A stretch of 61,567 nt of DNA, filler included, from Basidioascus undulatus (lineage: Eukaryota): assembly GCA_000826855.1 (NCBI GenBank). It is 4 parts of 4 records of this genome, joined end to end, with 100 filler letters (N's around TTAATTAATTAA, not from the genome) between each part and the next. Parts side by side here need not be neighbours in the genome. Positions count along the whole stretch, not along the records: positions 10,478 to 20,838 come from JTLS01001138.1; positions 20,939 to 31,290 come from JTLS01001139.1; 2 more parts are not named here. One strand, given 5' to 3'. The stretch's first letter is position 1. Every line of letters starts with the position of its first letter. This document shows positions 10,929 to 23,544 of the stretch, piece after piece. The notes under the pieces were generated by a model, which was not told where the DNA came from, searched no databases, and worked only from the letters and a program-made list of their open reading frames with translations. The translations under genes and the position numbers were made by a program.

Positions 10929-13627
10929 TCAGACGTTGATCGCTGTTTCAAAAATTGCAATAAATAAGCAGGGGTTTCAGAAGATATGGAAGCTGAGTTC
11001 GAAGGGAACGTACCCTGGAGAACGTCGACGACGTGCTCGAACGTGGCCTTGCGCACGGCCTCGACCGAGTCGGTGCTCTGGCCGATCTCGAAGCAGCTGC
11101 CCATGAAAGGCACATCGTAGCTTCAGCATCGGAAAAGGCAGGGTGGAAAGGGTTGTCACAGAGATCACGCACGCGATAACGACGTTCATGAGCTTGCTGC
11201 CGACGTGCTGGTAGAGCTCCTCAGCCTCGCGGACGAGGACCTGCTTGACGTACTCGGCGTCGAAAGACTCGACTCCGGCTGCGGTGCGCTGGAAACCAGT
11301 CGAAAAATATTAGTTTGGCTATTTAAAGGGAGAAAGGGCAGCTTGTACGGACCTGCAGCGCCGGGATGGCCTTGAGCGGCTTCCAGAGCGCGAGCTCGAG
11401 GAGGACCGCGCCGAGCGAGTGGACGTCATGGCCTGTGAGAGAGGAGAAAGGTAAGAAGACCGGTAAGAATGAGGGAAGCAGGAGGTACTGCGTACGCAAG
11501 TCGAACTCGACCGCCTGGCGCTGGCTGAGGGCGGGGTGGTGGTAGAGGCGCTGCTCAGGGCGGAGCTCGTCGCGCGTCTTGAAGCGGTTGCCCTGGTCGA
11601 CGGCGCCGACGAGGCGCGCCTCCTCGATGCCGATAAGGTACGCGTGCTTGTCGTCCTCGTCGAACGGCGTCGGGTGGTTGCTCGGCAGAAGCAGCCAGCT
11701 GTCGCTATCCAGCCCCGTCGCGACGAAGCCGGTCGCGTGCAGGAACGCCACGGACTTGGCGGCCTCCAGCCCCAGGCGGACCCGAACTTCGAGCGGAAGG
11801 ATGTCGTCCGCTTTGTTCACCGCGTCGTAGATCGAGAGCACCTCACTCATCGGCGCGCCCGCCGGGCCCAGGTCGTACGCGAGCGCGACGCGCTGCTCAG
11901 TCTTGCCATGGATGTTGACGGTGTGCTCGTAGTAGCCGGTCGGCTTGAGGCTGTAAGAAAAGGAGCAGACCCAATTTCAATTTAGGGGGTAAGAAGGAAA
12001 GTCGAACGAAGAATACGCACAGGTACATCTCGTCCGATGCAACAGCGCTGAACACCTCCGAGACCTGAGCGCAGGTCGAGCGAACAGCGTGCAGATCCGC
12101 GCCGCCGACAGCCTTGCTAGTAACGAGGACGCGGCTGGCGCCGAAGCGGCCCATGGCGCGGCCGGAATCCTTGAGGCTGTACGCCTGCGCGCTGTTGAAG
12201 TCGAGCTGACTCGCGCTGAGGCGGTGGCGGTCGTGCTCCTCGCTGATGGACACGCTGCTCAGCCTCGAACGCACGCCCTCGTCCTCGCCGCGCGCGGTGA
12301 TGTTGCGCAGCGTAGGGGTGCGGATAGTCGAGATGCTCTGAAGGGAGAGGTGCGAGTCGCGCCGGGAGAGGCCGAGCGACGAGGGGGCCTGTTGGAGAGG
12401 CGCAGTGTCAGCTGCTGCAAGAGAAAGTGGACTGTCGGTGAGGGGAGGCGCACGCGCTTGAGCCTCATGTAGTCGAACAGCGAGCCGCTGCGGGACTCAT
12501 TCTACCGGAACAGGATTGATTCAGCGAGCATCGGGACAGCAATGAGCGGCACGACGTACGTGCGAGTGCGACACAACCGAGCCATGCTGGACGTTGGTGA
12601 CCATCTGCACGCTCTCGCGCATGCGGAGGAGCGCCTTCGAGGTCGGGTGCGCGTTGAAGAGCTTCTCCTCCGCCTGGGTGAGCTTCGTCGAGGAGGTGAG
12701 CTCTGTCGTCCACCCCGATAAGCAAGGGAAGCTTCCCCGGGGAGACGCTTTCAGGAACAATGCGCACCGAGCTGAAGCTGCGTGACTTCGATGCTGAGCG
12801 ACGAGTGCCAGTCAGACAGCTCCGTGCCGAGCGCCTCGAGACCGCGGAGGCCGCGGTACGTCCAGGCGGTCGTCATGGCGTCTGCGAAAAGAGAACAACA
12901 CAAAGTGCCGGAGAACGTCAGTACCTCCTAGTCCGGACCCGCTTGAAAGTATGGACTGCCGATGCACTCTCGATCTGGCGTGTCGACGTGCTCAGGTTGA
13001 ACACGTTCTCGTACTTGAGGAGCTTGGCCCTTTTACCGTCCCACCAAATTAGCCCAGCTTCAACTCAACAAAAAAGGCATGCACGCACTGCAAGTCGGTG
13101 AACAAGTTGTGCACCGCGGCCTTCTGCGCCGTGCTAAGACGTGTGTCGTTGTTCTGCAGACATCCCAGCTCCCAGTCAAAGGGTTTGACTTCATGCTGTA
13201 AAGGGGAATCGAACGCACCTTGAGCAGCTCCCCGAAGCGCTCGGCGAGGGCGACGTCGCGCGCGAGCCAAGTCGCGATCGTCTTGACGCGTGTGTCCGCT
13301 TCGAAGCTCGCTGAGACTTCGCGGATGTTCTGGCCGAGACGGGTGACGCTGAGGGGAAGGATGGGATTAGGAAGTGCTGGCGATTTGCGCTTGGGACCAT
13401 GGATAGAAGGATAGCAAGGCCGTTCGACGACGGCACGCCGGCCCTTCCTTGAAAGAGGCTGCGCAGCGTCCCGACCGTGCTCCAGCTCTCCGACCCCCAG
13501 CACCTCCGCCCGGCAGCCCATCCAGAAACAAGAACTTACACGATGAGTACCTCTGCCCTTCCTTCCCGCATCAGGAAACCTCTCTCCTCCCCACTAGAAA
13601 GCTCGAACACGCACCGACAGTGTCCAT
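10929..13627 (-). CDS. HeLo-like N-terminal helical domain plus degenerate protein-kinase-like (pseudokinase) domain
   Basis: N-terminal helical exons include AWTYRGLRGLEALGTELSDWHSSL (HeLo-like pattern). C-lobe motifs: RVRLGLEAAKSVAFLH, AYLIGIEEAR, LYHHP, HDVHSLGAVLLELALWKPL, ending VVDVLQAINV*. The 5' exon structure and start (ATG 13627) are tentative. Confidence 0.75.
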
Positions 13628-14599
13628 TCTGTTCCTTCTGTTCCTGTTTCGGTGCGTGTGGTTTTGAGCGTGCAGGTGAAAACGTGTACGGATGAGGTGA
13701 AGGCCGGGGATGAGAAAGAGCGAGGGGGAGAGGTAAAGCCCCATTAAGGAACCGTCCAGCCCACGGAGGGGCAGCCAAATACCCGCGTGAGTGCGGGGCG
13801 TGGAAAGGAGGCACGCGAAACGGAAGTTGCGGTGGGCGTTTGTTGGGCCTGCGCAATATGAGGGGAAGTCCGAGAATCCAGGATCAGACTTTCCGAGAAG
13901 TCTTTTTTTTTTCCTTGAAACAGTTGAAGTGTACTGGAATAAGACTATAAGACGTCGGGCGAGACTCGGATGTAGGGCTCGAAGGATCGGGATTTTTTGC
14001 AGCGGGCTGCAGAACGCTGTAGCTGAAACGCAGGAGAGTATGCCAGCGTGTCGGCTGAATATTTTGGGCAGTCCAAAGACTTTTTTGAAGAGAGGCGTGG
14101 CACGCTCTATAAGGTTAGTGGTGGGTGGCCGGCATAAAAGTGGTGCAGAGGCCCCAGCCAGGCTTTAGGCTTTCACTGTGTAGTACCCGTGCGGGATCTC
14201 AAAGGTCCGTCACTAGAATTGCAGGTCGCGATCGTGTGGAATTGCTTCTTTGAAGGTATCGGGTGGTGGAAGGATCAGTTTTCTGGGTTGAGGCCAGTTT
14301 CAACCAAGCAGTTCTACAGGTGCTGCAGCTGCTGCAGGGCTGTAGCTTCGAAACTTCCTCACTTCTCACACCCACTTTAAACTCGCATAGATCCTCTGAG
14401 CATATACTTGGATGTGTTATTATTTTTTAAACTGTCTGGCAGTGGGCTAGGCCAGAAGGACGACCTGAGGCTGGCCCTGCTGTTTGACGAACGCCCGGAG
14501 CGCGACGGGTCGACGCGACTTTGGCCCACTGCGTCATCAACCGTCTTCTCCGCTCTACTTCATCCCCAAATCCCAGACTTCTCATCCTCAGCCATCAAC

Positions 14600-15293
14600 A
14601 TGACCACTGCATTCGTACTTCCACACTCCCAAACCCCCTTCTCCCTCCAATCACTGATCCCCCCTCCCCCGCAGTCTTCCCTCCGCGAGCACGCCGACCC
14701 GACGCAACTGTCCGTCCTCAACGTCGCCGACGCCGACTCTGTTCGGGCGGTCCTGGGACGCGAGCCTATCCCGTCCGCGTACCTCCAGTCCGACGCGGAC
14801 GAGCAGCTCCTCATCTCCATTGGCGTGCGTCCCTCCTCTCCCCTTCTCCCACTCCCCGCTCAGATCGAGGGACTAGTACAACCAAGGCGTCAAAATCTCT
14901 TCCATCCGTCTCGGCTCCGCCGCGTCCCTGGCACATGCACCAAAGAAGATCAAGGTCTTTGCGAACGAGCCGACGCTGGATTTTGATGCGGCCGACCAGG
15001 CGGAGGAGGTGCCCAGGGGGACGGCGGTGGCGGTGCTTGAGTGCGTTGGTGCTTCGGAGCGGAGAGAGATTGAGGAATGTGGAGGTGCTGATGGGAACGG
15101 ATTGCCACAGGTTGACGGAGGAGCAGGCGACGGGAAAGGAGCCGATTCAGTTGAGGTTCGTTAGGTTGCAGTCAGTCAGCTCGATCCAGGTGCGTTCAAT
15201 CCTCTCCGCTCTGCCTTTCGCCCCGCGCCTTTGACCCCCAATCCATACTGTCTTGCAGATCTTCGTTGAGTCGAATCAAGGGGAGGAGGACAC
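14600..15293 (+). CDS. PITH-domain (proteasome-interacting thioredoxin-like) protein; final exon not found
   Basis: LSVLN, YLQSDADEQLLISI, APKKIKVFANEPTLDFD, LTEEQATGKEPIQLRFVRLQSVSSIQIFVESNQGEEDT. The expected terminal TRID-type strand is not visible after the last donor. Confidence 0.8.
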
Positions 15294-16793
15294 GGTTCGT
15301 CTACCTTGCCTCCGTCGCTTCCCATTCCTCCCCCTCCCCTTTCTCCCACCTTCCCCATTTCCATCCGCCCAAGCCGACATACCTGTAGCGACCACAATGC
15401 ACCCCACCGTGCACGCCAGGCCAACTAATCTCACGCCCGCCGGCTCCTCATACAGCGGCCATCCATAGAAGGTGACGAGCATGTTGCTCATGAAGTCAAC
15501 TGCAGAGTGCATCCACCTGGTCGCGATCATCATGCTCATGCTAGCTCAGGCAAAGGTTAGGGCAAGCCTGATGACCAGCTACGGTGTGGGTCAAACAACA
15601 GTGCGTCTGCCCGAATTGGGCTCCACCGCTCGTGTAAGATTGCCTGATGACGGCCGGAGGAAGAGCCTGAGGTTTAAACAAGAGAGTGAGTATTCGGCTT
15701 TTGTGCCCATGACATGCGTTATATCGGCCGTGCTGGGGCCTGCCCATTATCAGTGCAACGTTTGGCACAAATTACACACTCAGGCTCCCGGGCTTGCCTT
15801 TCAAGGTCTCGAGAAGTGGTAGTCTTCTGTAGTAGGCTCCATATGTTTTAATATCTGTTTCTTGAAGACAGTTTCTGTCTGTCAACTAGCAATTCGCCGG
15901 CCTGTCGTCCTCTTCCCATTCTCTTCCCATTCTTAGCGTTACAGCCTGCGACTATCACAAAAGAGCGGGAGGCCGCTTCAACGTGTAAGTTAAAAAGGGC
16001 GAGCGGTTACCAGACAAAGAAACAGGGCAGCGCAGGGGCAGCGCTTCTGCGCCGGCCAACCCCGCGATCTCGTCTGCATAGGCTGCGCACTTCCACAAGG
16101 CTTTCAAAATCCCAAAAGTTGCTAATGTCCCTTTCCATGTGCTCAAACACATGGCTTTTCTTCCTCAACAACTTCTTAGGCACGAGCCGTCCACATGAAG
16201 TCACGTCTTCACATGAGGGCTGCCAAAAGCACAAGTAGTCATGTCTTGGCGAAGTAAGAAAGAAGGCTGGTATTGCCGCGACCCGAGCTGATGTGTACAC
16301 ACGTACATCAAGTGTGTGTCAACTTGCATCACGCGGACACTATGCGTGGGTGCGTGTGTGCGTCGCACGCATACACAAACACGCACACACACGCGGACAC
16401 TGCCTTGACTTCTTGGAATACATGAGGAAGACCAATACCGGCTCTGTCGGGCTCTGTCGGAAGACTGAGAAGTGATCCTTCCGAAGAAGTTATTCACATG
16501 CTGCCACACGCATACATAACTAGTACATGCATGAGAGCGATCCTGCTGTCCAGGTAACATAAAAGGCCGAGCCGAGCACAGCAGCCTGCCGTTCCTGCCT
16601 CACTCCCGCCGTGTTCACTCTCTTCAGCTTTCGCGTTCACTCTCATCAACCTTCACGTTCACTCGCTGTACCTCTCGACTCACTAAGCCATCCATCTTGA
16701 ACCATACCTCGTGCGTCGTGTTGTTCAATAAAATAATCCGGACATATCCAGGAACATCGCCAGCTAATTCTTGCCGTATAAGCAGCGTACACG

Positions 16794-17483
16794 ATGAAAC
16801 TCTTCAATACCGCCTTCTGCCTCGCCGTCCTTCTTACCCTCTTTGCCTCCAACGCTCACGCCTTTCCCGCGGCTAAACGGCAGCAGCTGGACCCCGGAGT
16901 CTGTGAACCGCCCGGGCCGGGCAACTGCATGTTCACCATTAAAGCGAATATAGCCGCCAGTGAGTCCGATTTCTGCGTGCATCTGCTGAGATGCATCTCT
17001 CCTGGACCGAATGGGTGCTGTTTGGCAACCGGCATGATGTCCCCTTTTCAGACGGCTTTCCCGGAGGAACCTCACACTCCCAGGGCGTAGCTGTTTACAA
17101 TGGCGACTGTAATTGTGTGGACTGCGACGTGGAGCTTCAGAAGAACAGCCCCGGATTTTCGGGTGATGCAAACGTGTGAGTCAACATGCATGCCCCTCTC
17201 CCCAGTCTTCTTACTCCCATAAGACGGAACTGACCGTATTACGCCTTCTATACCCCTTTCTCCAATCATCTGCCTCCCCTGTCCTCGCTATCGTCTTCCC
17301 ATCAGGTTAATCAGTTATGGCACGCCCCTTTACTATGGAATTGACTGGCTCGCCCAATACGAGATCAGCGGCCAAAGCTTCCAGTTCAAGGACCAGATCT
17401 ACAGGGACTTTGAATGCTTCACCCAGTCCTTTGATGTCTTTGGTAGGTGCCGAATCTGCCACAAGGTATTCAACTGCGCGTGA
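16794..17483 (+). CDS. Small secreted cysteine-rich protein (3 exons, ~155 aa)
   Basis: Signal peptide MKLFNTAFCLAVLLTLFASNAHA, pro-segment ending KR, two GTGAGT..CAG introns restore the frame, 9 Cys in the predicted mature part (GVC, GNC, DCNCVDC, FEC, RCRIC, NCA*). Confidence 0.75.
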
Positions 17484-18335
17484 ATGGTGAGTACCTCTTT
17501 CGCCCATCATCACAATACCTGGATCTCGTCTTCACCACCTTTTTGCTCACGGTTAATGGTAACAAACAGAACATCAGGACCGCGACATGCCTCCCTCGCC
17601 GTTCACAGCCGGAAGGGATCTTGACGGCCGCTTCACATGATTTTCTGTTGCTATTTATATCCTTGTTTCACTCCTCCCCTTCTCATCGCATTCTTTATTC
17701 TTTCTTCTCTAGGTGGTGAATTCCGTGGGGCCGAGAGGTCAATTTGGAACGTGGTGGGAGTGCTCTGGACAAGCGATATCTTTGAAATGATTTTTGACAC
17801 AGTCTCGTTCGCGGCCACACGTTTGAGAGTGCATGTGGGCGTGAAGCATCCGGCGCCCGATGGAGAGCTTGAGAGCTTGAGGGTCGCAAAAAGTGGGTAA
17901 GCGCTCCTCCGATTTCACGCCCGCCTCATCATTAAGTGGGCCGTGCTGGTGCCTGCTTGTTAGCCCTGCGAAGTTTGGCACTCGCCCACAGGCTCACGGC
18001 TCGGCGGCCAGTCTTCACCAGGGTACTTGGTTGAAGGTGGTCGGAAGGCGGTCCTACTAGTACGGTCGGTTTAAGGTGTTGTCTATCTTCCAATCTCAGC
18101 GTTCATTGCAGCCCGTACAAACGTCAGTCGGTGTTCGAGGGAAGCTTACAAAGAAGTACTACACCATAACTGGTTGCTTAATAAAACAGGGTGAAAACAG
18201 GCTCGTGCGCCGCTCAGGCCGTACAAAGAAACAAGGCTAGCGGCTGCGTCAGCACGGTCGGTCGGTCCGGTCGCGGAGGAACGGAGGTATTCCCCTTGTT
18301 CTTCCGCCACGCGTCGCTTCCGACCGTGTTTCCAT

Positions 18336-18358
18336 ACACACACACACACACACACACA
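18336..18358. repeat. (AC)n microsatellite
   Basis: About 11 tandem AC units upstream of the gene at 18445. Confidence 0.9.
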
Positions 18359-18444
18359 TACGTCTATTGACGTGTATTGGCGTGTACTTGGCTTGTAACT
18401 TATTCATCAACAATCAACATCTTTCACTTTCATCAAGTCTTTCG

Positions 18445-19635
18445 ATGTCTCAACCCACAACGTTCAAGGCGGTGACTGGGTGCGCAGTTCCGGCACTTCT
18501 CGTTATCCCATGCGGGGAACTGGGTGCTCAACAGCGCATCCAACAGGGCGGCCGAGTCACGCTCCTTCTATCGTCCAACCATTCAGACCAGTGCCGTCTG
18601 ATCCACGTTCAACGTCCGGCTACTCCTTTCCGATCTGACCTTTCACTCGATCCCATCTGACGCCTTCACGTTCTTGTCGGAAACCATCGCGAAGCCGGGG
18701 CAAGAAGTCCCGCGTACGGAGGAGGACAAGAAGCGAAAAGAAGCTTTCTTGTCTTTCGTAAAGACAGGCCGTGGGTACAGCATCGAACACGCTACGGAGG
18801 TACAGCTCTCTGTGACGGCGGTTGGGCTGAGGGCTGCGCTGATGTGGGGAAGCATGCAACAGCCTGCGACGATCGGGTATGCGCTGTATGACAACCCTGT
18901 TGGTATGCATCCGCCACATCCAAATCATTCAGTCTATTTAAGCCTGAATGCGCTTCACAGGATTGTTGAGGCACGCTCGTCTCCCACACACACCCGGCTG
19001 TGTTTGAAACTGACTTGCGTCCTCCCTCCAACTTTCGCACAGCTGGACTGGCGAGAAGTTCCATGAGGTACCTTCATTCACCCACCCCTTCTTTCTTATT
19101 TGCACAACTCGACTGACAGCCCGCCTCTCCTTCCCCACTCAGTGGTTCCTCGCACGCACCGGCGGCGCCGGGCCGTCCACGCGCGACCTCCTGGCGACCG
19201 TGTCCATCTACTACCTGAGTGTGTCGTCTCTTTCCATCCGATCACGCATCCCGAAAGGTCTTGATTTTTTTCATTCAATCTGTTCGTAACTGCCAGCCGG
19301 CACCTTCCCCACCTAAGTCCTCCTCTATCACACGCCCCAGCATTTCTTCACCGGCACCGGTGCCGGCCCGAACGTCTGCATCAACACATCAGCGGGGATC
19401 ACGGTGTTTGCTGTTCGTCTCCTGCCTCTTTCCGCCTCCTCTCTCTTTCCATCACGCGGCTCTGAAACGACAGACCGGCGAGCAGGGCGACATCGACTAT
19501 TCGTCACTGGCGGTGTGGGGAGACCGCCTGCAGTCCTGGAAATTCCGTGAGAGGGCGGCCACTTCGGCACGCGCTTTTGCGTTCGTTTCGAAAGCCTTTC
19601 CGAGTGGAACTGAGACTTCAGGCGTTCACGTATAG
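18445..19635 (+). CDS. Hypothetical multi-exon protein with a possible C-terminal beta/gamma-crystallin-like segment
   Basis: Coding-like blocks separated by pyrimidine-rich introns; the late exons read HFFTGTGAGPNVCIN.. and DIDYSSLAVWGDRLQSWKF. Exact splicing is unresolved. Confidence 0.45.
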
Positions 19636-20838
19636 CGGGGCTCGATGCGCCGGAATGTTTGCAGCTTGTTCACTAGATTCCCCTCTAGAACGGCTGGCTG
19701 ACGTCCGAATGGTTTCAGAGCTTAGTGCGGACATTCAGAGTGGCGTACGGTTGTTGGCGCTTGAGGCTTTCGCCAGCGGACAGGTCAGACGGTCAGACAA
19801 GGAAGAATCCACTGACTGTGATGCTGCTTTTTCGTTTGCGGGGGATGGAGACGTGACTTTTTGTATGCATGCATCATCCTTTTCACGGTTGCACTGATAA
19901 CTCAAAGTAGGGCCCACCTCGGTCGGACCTTGAGAGCCGATTGAAGTTGCCATGTCGTTTGCGTGGGTGTCAGAACAGGCTGAAGCGCAGCTCGCAGGCG
20001 ACCATCGCCCAGGCTGCATAGGCACACTAGGCCCGCTTCTCCTGTACCAGGCATTCCAAATGGTCGCACATACTAGAATTCACCGTGTAGAACTTGACAA
20101 ATGACGTCCAGAGTTACTTAGTGAGAGTCTGCAGCATGAGGGAGGGCGCATGCATGCCCCACCTCAACACGTTCGCCTCGTCGCGATCTGAGTGTATCGC
20201 AGGAACGCCGAGCCTGTCTGGACACGACTCGGAAGTTCGCAAGTGTCCTCAGCTTGTTGCTCCCGCTCGTAATGCGTTCAAGATACCCAAGCGTCTCCTC
20301 CGTCCGCCATGAGTGCGCGATTCCCGTCTCACTTCGACTTCACGGATAGCCCTTTCGCCGTACTGTTCTCACACTCCTATCCTCTGAACCGTCCCCCTCA
20401 CCTCCACACCGTCTCATCCTCAATCTTGCGCCCCCCTGCCCCCTTCTCACCTTGCCATCCCACACTCCGCAAATCCGCAAACCCACCCTTTCTCCAGCCG
20501 CAGACCCTCACAACCCGAACTCCACAAACACGTAAACAGGAATAGAATAACATTTACTTTTGGTTTGTACTTGGCGGCGTTCAGCGGCGACCAGTAGGTA
20601 GAAACGGCGAGAACGGGAGGACGAGAATGGGAAGATGAAGACGGAAAGAAGGCGCGGTCAGGATCAGTGGAATACCTAAGTTAGCGAGGACCTCAGGGCT
20701 GGCCGTCGACCGCGCGCTGCTGCAGGGGGTGGATAGTCAGCGTCTTCCTCCTCATCCTCATCCTCGCTCTCCGACCGACTCCCAGTGAACCCAGCTCAAG
20801 CTTTCCTTCTCCTCCGTCCACGCACTCCTCTCCTCCCT

Positions 20839-20938
20839 NNNNNNNNNNNNNNNNNNNNNNNNNNNNNNNNNNNNNNNNNNNNTTAATTAATTAANNNNNN
20901 NNNNNNNNNNNNNNNNNNNNNNNNNNNNNNNNNNNNNN
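20839..20938. other. Artificial contig-joining spacer
   Basis: N44-TTAATTAATTAA-N44. Confidence 0.97.
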
Positions 20939-21043
20939 CCTCCTTGCCATACGCTCCAACCCTTCTCAACATTTTACGCCTTCCTCGTCCTATGCCTCTC
21001 CCCCCCTCTCCGCCGCTCACTCTTCCCCCCCTTCCTAAATCAG

Positions 21044-21249
21044 ATTTGACCGGCCTCGAAGACGGTGTCCTCGGCGGGCAGACCGTCTTTTACCCGGACT
21101 CGCCTCGCGTGCGGCCCGAGATCATCGCGCCCCTCAGGCGCGGGACGCTCCTCCTCCACCGGCATGGGAGCGCGTGCTTGCTCCATGAGGGGCGCGAGGT
21201 GGAAAGGGGCACGAAGTGGGTGTTAAGGAGCGATCTGATGTTTGGGTAA
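21044..21249 (+). CDS. Last exon of a 2OG-Fe(II) oxygenase (prolyl-4-hydroxylase-like); 5' part lost at the contig start
   Basis: LTG..DGVLGGQTVFY, GTLLLHRHGSACLLHEGREVERGTKWVLRSDLMF*: distal His plus the K/R 2-oxoglutarate-binding motif. Confidence 0.85.
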
Positions 21250-21802
21250 TGCATAAGCGCTGGGAATGAGGACGCGTGGACTCTATTAGGCATGTGCGGG
21301 TTGTGGCACACTGCGAACAACAGATACGTTGACACGCTGCAGTCGCGTGCGTAGGTATTACTTGGCTTTGTTTTCCACTGGTCACCCTTTTGCAAATGAA
21401 AATGACGCCTGAGCTATTCTGAGTAAAGCATTCCGCACAAAGGACTCTGTCGATGGCAAAGGAAACCCGCTGTTGTAGCCCGCCTCAGTCCCTCTGGAGC
21501 TTTCCAGCTTCCTCACTCCTGTAAACTTGGCATGGCTGGGCTTGCAGAAAAAGGCAAAACAAAAAAAGTCAAGTGCGGGGGCATACTGAAGAAAAAGCTA
21601 ACGGGATCGAGACGAGTTACACACTTGCTTTCCACCACGAGGAGACGCTGCGTTATTGGCTAACCGCAGGTCTATAGGATGGATATTGGGGGCGTACAGT
21701 GTCGTCTGTTTACGTTACGCGAAGGTCCGACTTCTTTTGAAGGCATGTGATCCAAAGAGAGCAAGCGTCGTACGCCGGCCTTACCTGAAGGCGGAAGTTC
21801 GA

Positions 21803-23059
21803 ATGTCATGCCGCTTGTCTACCGAGCATCATCTACCCGCTCGTCTCCCACCGCCATGGTGCTCATACTCTGCAACCTGCCTCTCGAGACCCTGGGCCGC
21901 GTACTTAACTACTGACCCATATCCTCTCACTTTTCGCTGTTCAACACCAGCCGCACCCTTCGCAGGCTCTTCGCGCTCGATGTCGACCCCAATGCAGAGT
22001 TCTGGCGCGAGGCCTGCCGCTCTGTGGGCCTCGGCCGTCCTTCGAAAAAGCTGCTCGAAACTGCAGAAACTGGAGACTGGACATTTCGAGCGTTTTTCGC
22101 GTGGGCTTGTGCGAAACGGCGCGGGTGTGGACTGGCCACGGTCGACGTGGAGCCAAGCCGTACACGATCGACGGGACGGTCACCAGGCCGGAGAACCTGC
22201 CTTCGTCCCCTGCGCATAAGATCGAGCTTAACCCGCATCTGCACGTGGATGCGTCTCCCGTGCTCGCTGACGTCCTCGAGGCAACATTGAACGGCTGGGA
22301 GTGGTACGGCCACCCTGCCCTCCAGTGTCGTTCCTCACGCTGCCCCCTGTCATGCACGTTCGCGTGAACGTCTTCTGCTTTGGTGGAGGGAAGGTTTAGC
22401 TGAGGCTGGGTGATTGCTATGTCGAGGTAAGGAATCCTGTCCTTGCGTCGACAAGTGGGTGTACCAACGTCGATTGTCCCGTAGGTCATCAATGTGCATG
22501 GAGTAACTAGTGGAGACATTCTGCGCTCGCTCAGTAACTTGTGAGTTTAGGCTCCCTATACCGTTCCCGAGGCAAGGGTGGCCGAGTGCTCACCGTTTGC
22601 CCGAAAGTCTGCTGTTGCAGTCCTTCGCAATCGGAGATATGGCGCTGGGACTCCCGTTCGCATTCGTATCCGTCTGCTTCGCAGAAGCCTACGACACGTC
22701 TCGTGCTCATCCGATGTAATCTTGAAAAAAAATGCATAGCACCGTACGCCGTCTCCCCTGCCGAAGCCGGTACTGCCTCTGACGTTCTGAATCCCCATGC
22801 AGACCCGAGGACCACGCGCTGCTTCTCGACCTCGAGGTCGTCGACGGGCGCTTGCACTTGGACTTGACGCTTGAGAAGCCCTGGTATTATGAGTGCTGGG
22901 TCTGACGTCTCGAGTCCCGGATCAACGAGTTCGGAGGCGGCCTCTTCGACGGACTTGGGGTCTCACGCTGACGATGGTTCTGAGGACTCGGGCGATGGCT
23001 ATGACTCTTTGGGTTGGGACTCTGAAGATGGTTACACTCGAACTTCTAATGACTGCTAG
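21803..23059 (+). pseudogene. Degenerate F-box-like hypothetical gene
   Basis: LPARLP/AMVLILCNLPLETLG (F-box-like, across a frameshift), FWREACRSVGLGRP and an acidic tail ending at 23059; frames switch repeatedly. Confidence 0.35.
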
Positions 23060-23544
23060 GTACAGAGGATAAAGGGTTTGGTGGCTTGGATGAGGCTGTT
23101 AGATCCGTTTCGCTCTTTGCTCTGCATGAACCGCTGCGGCAACGGGTGAACGGCTGCCTGCCCCTTGGCGTCCTCTGCAATGCATGTGTACTTTGTTCGT
23201 GCCGATGCGAAAGTTGCTGGAACTAGGTAGTTCGTCCTAAAGAGACAGATGAAGTCGAGAAAGCGAAGGAAAGGTGTCTTGCATTTTGCTTGTTCGGAAG
23301 GCTGGTTGCGCCGCTCTCGACTGCGTCCCGCTGGCTGCGAATGCGGCGTCTCGTCGACTGCGATTTCTTTAGCAAGTAATGACTCCTTTCCAGACCGTCT
23401 GGGGCTCGTATCTCAAACGCTATATAACCCCATCTCTCCTCCTCCTTCTTTCCTCACTCACCCACTTCCCCCTCCCCCAGTTTCCAGCCCCACTTCCCAC
23501 TCTCACCACCCTCCATCAACACCAAATCACCACCAACAAGAAAA

